From: Acidimicrobiales bacterium
Lineage (GTDB): Bacteria > Actinomycetota > Acidimicrobiia > Acidimicrobiales > JABEUL01
Length of the DNA stretch: 40,445 nt
NCBI GenBank assembly: GCA_013044465.1
Contig: JABEUL010000244.1
Location: 1-40,445 of the forward strand
Direction: 5' to 3'
Below are positions 37,954 to 40,445 of the stretch, piece by piece. A program made the translations under genes and the position numbers. Within the stretch, counting starts at the first letter, position 1. Each line of letters starts with the position of its first letter. The notes under the pieces were generated by a model. That model had not been told where the DNA came from. It did not search any database and saw nothing but the letters and a program-made list of their open reading frames with translations.

Positions 37954-39111
37954 TTACGGTATGTATAGCCCTAAAAATGCCAGCTCAGCATATAAAAACG
38001 CAATCATGCCACCAGCACCTAGAAGCAACCCTTTAATCTTACTCCTAGTTATCAATAAACTTGCGGCAATCATGAAAGGAACCAGATCACCTATATAGCG
38101 CTCAAATCCATCTAGGTTGTGAGAGATTAGAACTGCTACAAGGGTAACGGTCACAAAAAAGGCCCAATAGCTGGGAAGTTTTACCCAAGTCACCACCACG
38201 AGCAAAACCGCCAAAAAAATCCAAGGGGTATGGAGCGCCTCACCGATATGACCATGAAAAATACCAAGAGCGTTAGAGTAAATATCGGTAAACGGGTCTG
38301 AAAATGCTCCTCGATGCCCTGAAGAAGTCTGTATGCTGAGCGGAAGCCACATATCACCAAACCGAATTTTCACCCAAATCAAATAAGTAAGCATCCCAAA
38401 TACTGCTCCAGTTGAAGCAAATAAGAATTTAAATAGTCTAACTGGATTAAATGAAAAGGATATTTTTCCGTTTCCAAATAACCCTACCCAGACAATCGGT
38501 GCAGCTAGCAATATGCCAGTAGGCCGGGTCAAACCAGCAAGATAGCCAATGGCGAACAGCCAAAAGATATTTGGGTTCTTTCTCATCAATAGGAGCAGTA
38601 TTGCGCACTCTAAAAATACATAAGTAGAATCCGAATATCCCATAACAAATACAAACGATGCAGGCTGCAAAAAGAAGATCCAAATGGCATTTTTGGCAAC
38701 CTCAAGTGGAAGCACGGATTTAGCTAACCTAAAGATCAGCACAGAGGCCAATAATGTCGCAACATTTGAGATTAAAATCATCCAATCTCCGGCATTTATT
38801 CCACTTATCGTCGAACCCACATGAGCTATTAATGGATCCAACGGGAAGAATCTGAGAACACTTGAGGACTTTAGGCCGTAGCCTGTGCTTCCAATTAACT
38901 TGTAGTAACCAGCGTCCCAGGAGAACATTCCCTGCTTATTCACTAAGAGAGTTCTTGAATAAGTAGGGTGGGTTTTATTGACAATAATCTTTGAGGCGAC
39001 AAGGGCACCAATGACAAATAATCGAGAACAAATAAAGGGAAGAAGCGAATATTTAAACAAAATATCTTTGAAACCCAATACTTTTGGCCCAGCAGCACTA
39101 CCTTCTGTCAT
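37954..39111 (-). CDS. Polytopic membrane protein, PIG-V-like (Mannosyl_trans2 / GT76-type) GT-C mannosyltransferase candidate
   Basis: 385 aa with about 9-10 TM helices. The loop-1 sequence SWDAGYYKLIGSTGYG...LRFFPLDPLI resembles the bacterial PIG-V-like signature WD.GWY..IA..GY...AFFPLYPLL. Its start overlaps the upstream stop as ATGA (39108-39111). Confidence 0.5.
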   Translation of the reverse strand: MTEGSAAGPKVLGFKDILFKYSLLPFICSRLFVIGALVASKIIVNKTHPTYSRTLLVNKQGMFSWDAGYYKLIGSTGYGLKSSSVLRFFPLDPLIAHVGSTISGINAGDWMILISNVATLLASVLIFRLAKSVLPLEVAKNAIWIFFLQPASFVFVMGYSDSTYVFLECAILLLLMRKNPNIFWLFAIGYLAGLTRPTGILLAAPIVWVGLFGNGKISFSFNPVRLFKFLFASTGAVFGMLTYLIWVKIRFGDMWLPLSIQTSSGHRGAFSDPFTDIYSNALGIFHGHIGEALHTPWIFLAVLLVVVTWVKLPSYWAFFVTVTLVAVLISHNLDGFERYIGDLVPFMIAASLLITRSKIKGLLLGAGGMIAFLYAELAFLGLYIP

Positions 39112-40445
39112 TTACTACTCTTTATTTGTGCAGGATAAATTGTAAGGTGTTCGTGTTCGTAATACCGAGTCGGTTGATCTTCAACTAAAACATTCCCTGA
39201 TGGCCTCCAAGCTTGAAATTCACCGGCCATTGTTTCACAGTCCACACCAAATGTTAAATAACCTTCTTCCCAGACATAGAACACGTTGTGATTTGAAGCC
39301 ATAGCTTCAATACGATTAACAAAAGTTACTATATTTGCACTCTCATTTCGCTTTTGATAATCAACCCAGTCCACAAATTTGGGAGAACCAAATGTAGGAA
39401 AAACAACCTGCATTACGTTCGCGGTTACCACCCTATAAACCGCAGGACCTAGCTGATCGGGACAGTAAACGACTATGTCACCAGGTTTCGCCATTTTGTT
39501 TATTGTGTTTCCAACTATTGCAGACTCGCTGCGATCAGTATAGATGTTTACGCTAGATGCGACAAGGCTTAGCAACGATACGCCGATTATAAAACATTGC
39601 CGGACTTGGCGAGATTTCAGAGAAGAAAGTCCAAATGCTACGGCGCAAATGAAGAGCAAAAAAACAACTGCGGTATATCTGACAGAAAATGCACTCTTTG
39701 ATACATATCCGCCAACTATTGCCAGTGCAAGAGTCCCAAATACAATTGACACCAAATACCTCACACCTGAACGTGTCTTTAGATCTATTTCCACTCTGTA
39801 CTTATCTATTGGTGCACCAAAAATCGCAAACAATAAGAGAAGCAAAAGAAATATTGCTACAAGTCGCCCTACTACGGAATTACCTCCAGCAAATTGGGTA
39901 ATGGTTTGCACTATTGCTGTTGGCGATGCAGGCTGGGCCCAAGGGGTGCCGGTATGCTTGGATTGGTATATAAATGTTGGAAGCCACGGAATGAAAGTCA
40001 AACACCCGATACCAATTCCGATCAGGCCGTAGACACTTATTTTTCTATACTTTTCGTAAAATAGTCCTCCAACTAAAGATGCTCCAATAATTGCGATTAA
40101 ATAAAGGCTCCAGTAGTGTGAATACAATAAAAGACTGGTGATTACCCCAATACCCAACACTTTAATTATGCTCGGGCGCTTTGTCAGGCTGTGAAAAAGA
40201 ATCATTCCGATGCCCGTAAATAAAACCAACAGTGAGTACATGCGAACATCTGTGGAATAGTAAATAGCAAACGGGGACGCTGCAACTAATAACATTGCAG
40301 AAATTCCAAACTCTGCCTTGTTCACTTTTGAGACCAAAGTGCCGCATTTATAAGAAACCGGAAGTGTTAAAACCCCGATTACGCCCGGAAGTGCCCTAGT
40401 TGCAATACTGGAAGATCCAAAAATACTCATCCAATAGTGGAGTAA
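39108..40445 (-). CDS. GT39/PMT_2-like GT-C membrane glycosyltransferase. The N-terminus runs off the right window edge.
   Basis: The frame stays open to position 40445 (LLHYWMSIFGSSSIATRALPGVIGVLTLPVSY...), so the track ATG at 40430 is internal. LLHYWM..FG....ATRALP......L and EARMY-like VRMYSLLVLF match the N-terminal region of family-39-like glycosyltransferases. Multiple TM helices are followed by a soluble C-terminal domain of about 150 aa. Confidence 0.7.
   Translation of the reverse strand, partial: LLHYWMSIFGSSSIATRALPGVIGVLTLPVSYKCGTLVSKVNKAEFGISAMLLVAASPFAIYYSTDVRMYSLLVLFTGIGMILFHSLTKRPSIIKVLGIGVITSLLLYSHYWSLYLIAIIGASLVGGLFYEKYRKISVYGLIGIGIGCLTFIPWLPTFIYQSKHTGTPWAQPASPTAIVQTITQFAGGNSVVGRLVAIFLLLLLLFAIFGAPIDKYRVEIDLKTRSGVRYLVSIVFGTLALAIVGGYVSKSAFSVRYTAVVFLLFICAVAFGLSSLKSRQVRQCFIIGVSLLSLVASSVNIYTDRSESAIVGNTINKMAKPGDIVVYCPDQLGPAVYRVVTANVMQVVFPTFGSPKFVDWVDYQKRNESANIVTFVNRIEAMASNHNVFYVWEEGYLTFGVDCETMAGEFQAWRPSGNVLVEDQPTRYYEHEHLTIYPAQIKSSK

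Overview
This 40.4-kb chromosomal segment looks actinobacterial but is visibly more AT-rich than classical Actinobacteria. The actinobacterial signals are a Kgd/OdhA-type E2-E1 fusion, an AftD-family enzyme and coaE-uvrB linkage. Placement in a streamlined freshwater or marine lineage is inference only.

Positions 1-27.6 kb are densely packed housekeeping genes, mostly on the minus strand:
- kgd, which is truncated by the window edge and therefore missing from the supplied ORF track
- xthA, a FabZ-like dehydratase, an alpha/beta hydrolase and an acyl-CoA dehydrogenase
- a frameshifted acyl-CoA synthetase
- a type IV pilin gene followed by a divergent paralog
- a sugar-1-P nucleotidyltransferase and a VOC protein
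- ftsX-ftsE-prfB-secA, tRNA-Leu(UAG) and ctaD
- a CitE/malyl-CoA-lyase-like gene, a dienelactone hydrolase and a PPOX-family gene
- an overlapping coaE-uvrB-uvrA string

Positions 27.6-40.4 kb are the accessory-looking part. A 1447-aa AftD-like GT-C glycosyltransferase with discoidin-like modules converges on a six-gene operon. That operon carries three more GT-C membrane glycosyltransferases, a Glf-like flavoprotein, a SAM methyltransferase and a GT4 enzyme. A second methyltransferase lies divergent from the AftD-like gene. I consider this an uncharacterised extracytoplasmic glycan assembly system and the best candidate for something new.

Other points worth checking:
- Two genes (coaE and the AftD-like gene) have essential N-terminal parts upstream of any ATG/GTG/TTG.
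- A 1-nt frameshift splits the acyl-CoA synthetase.
- A 2 x 67-bp tandem duplication spans the ftsX stop codon, at a spot where the usual smpB-ssrA neighbours are missing.

I found no CRISPR array, rRNA, transposase or integrase.
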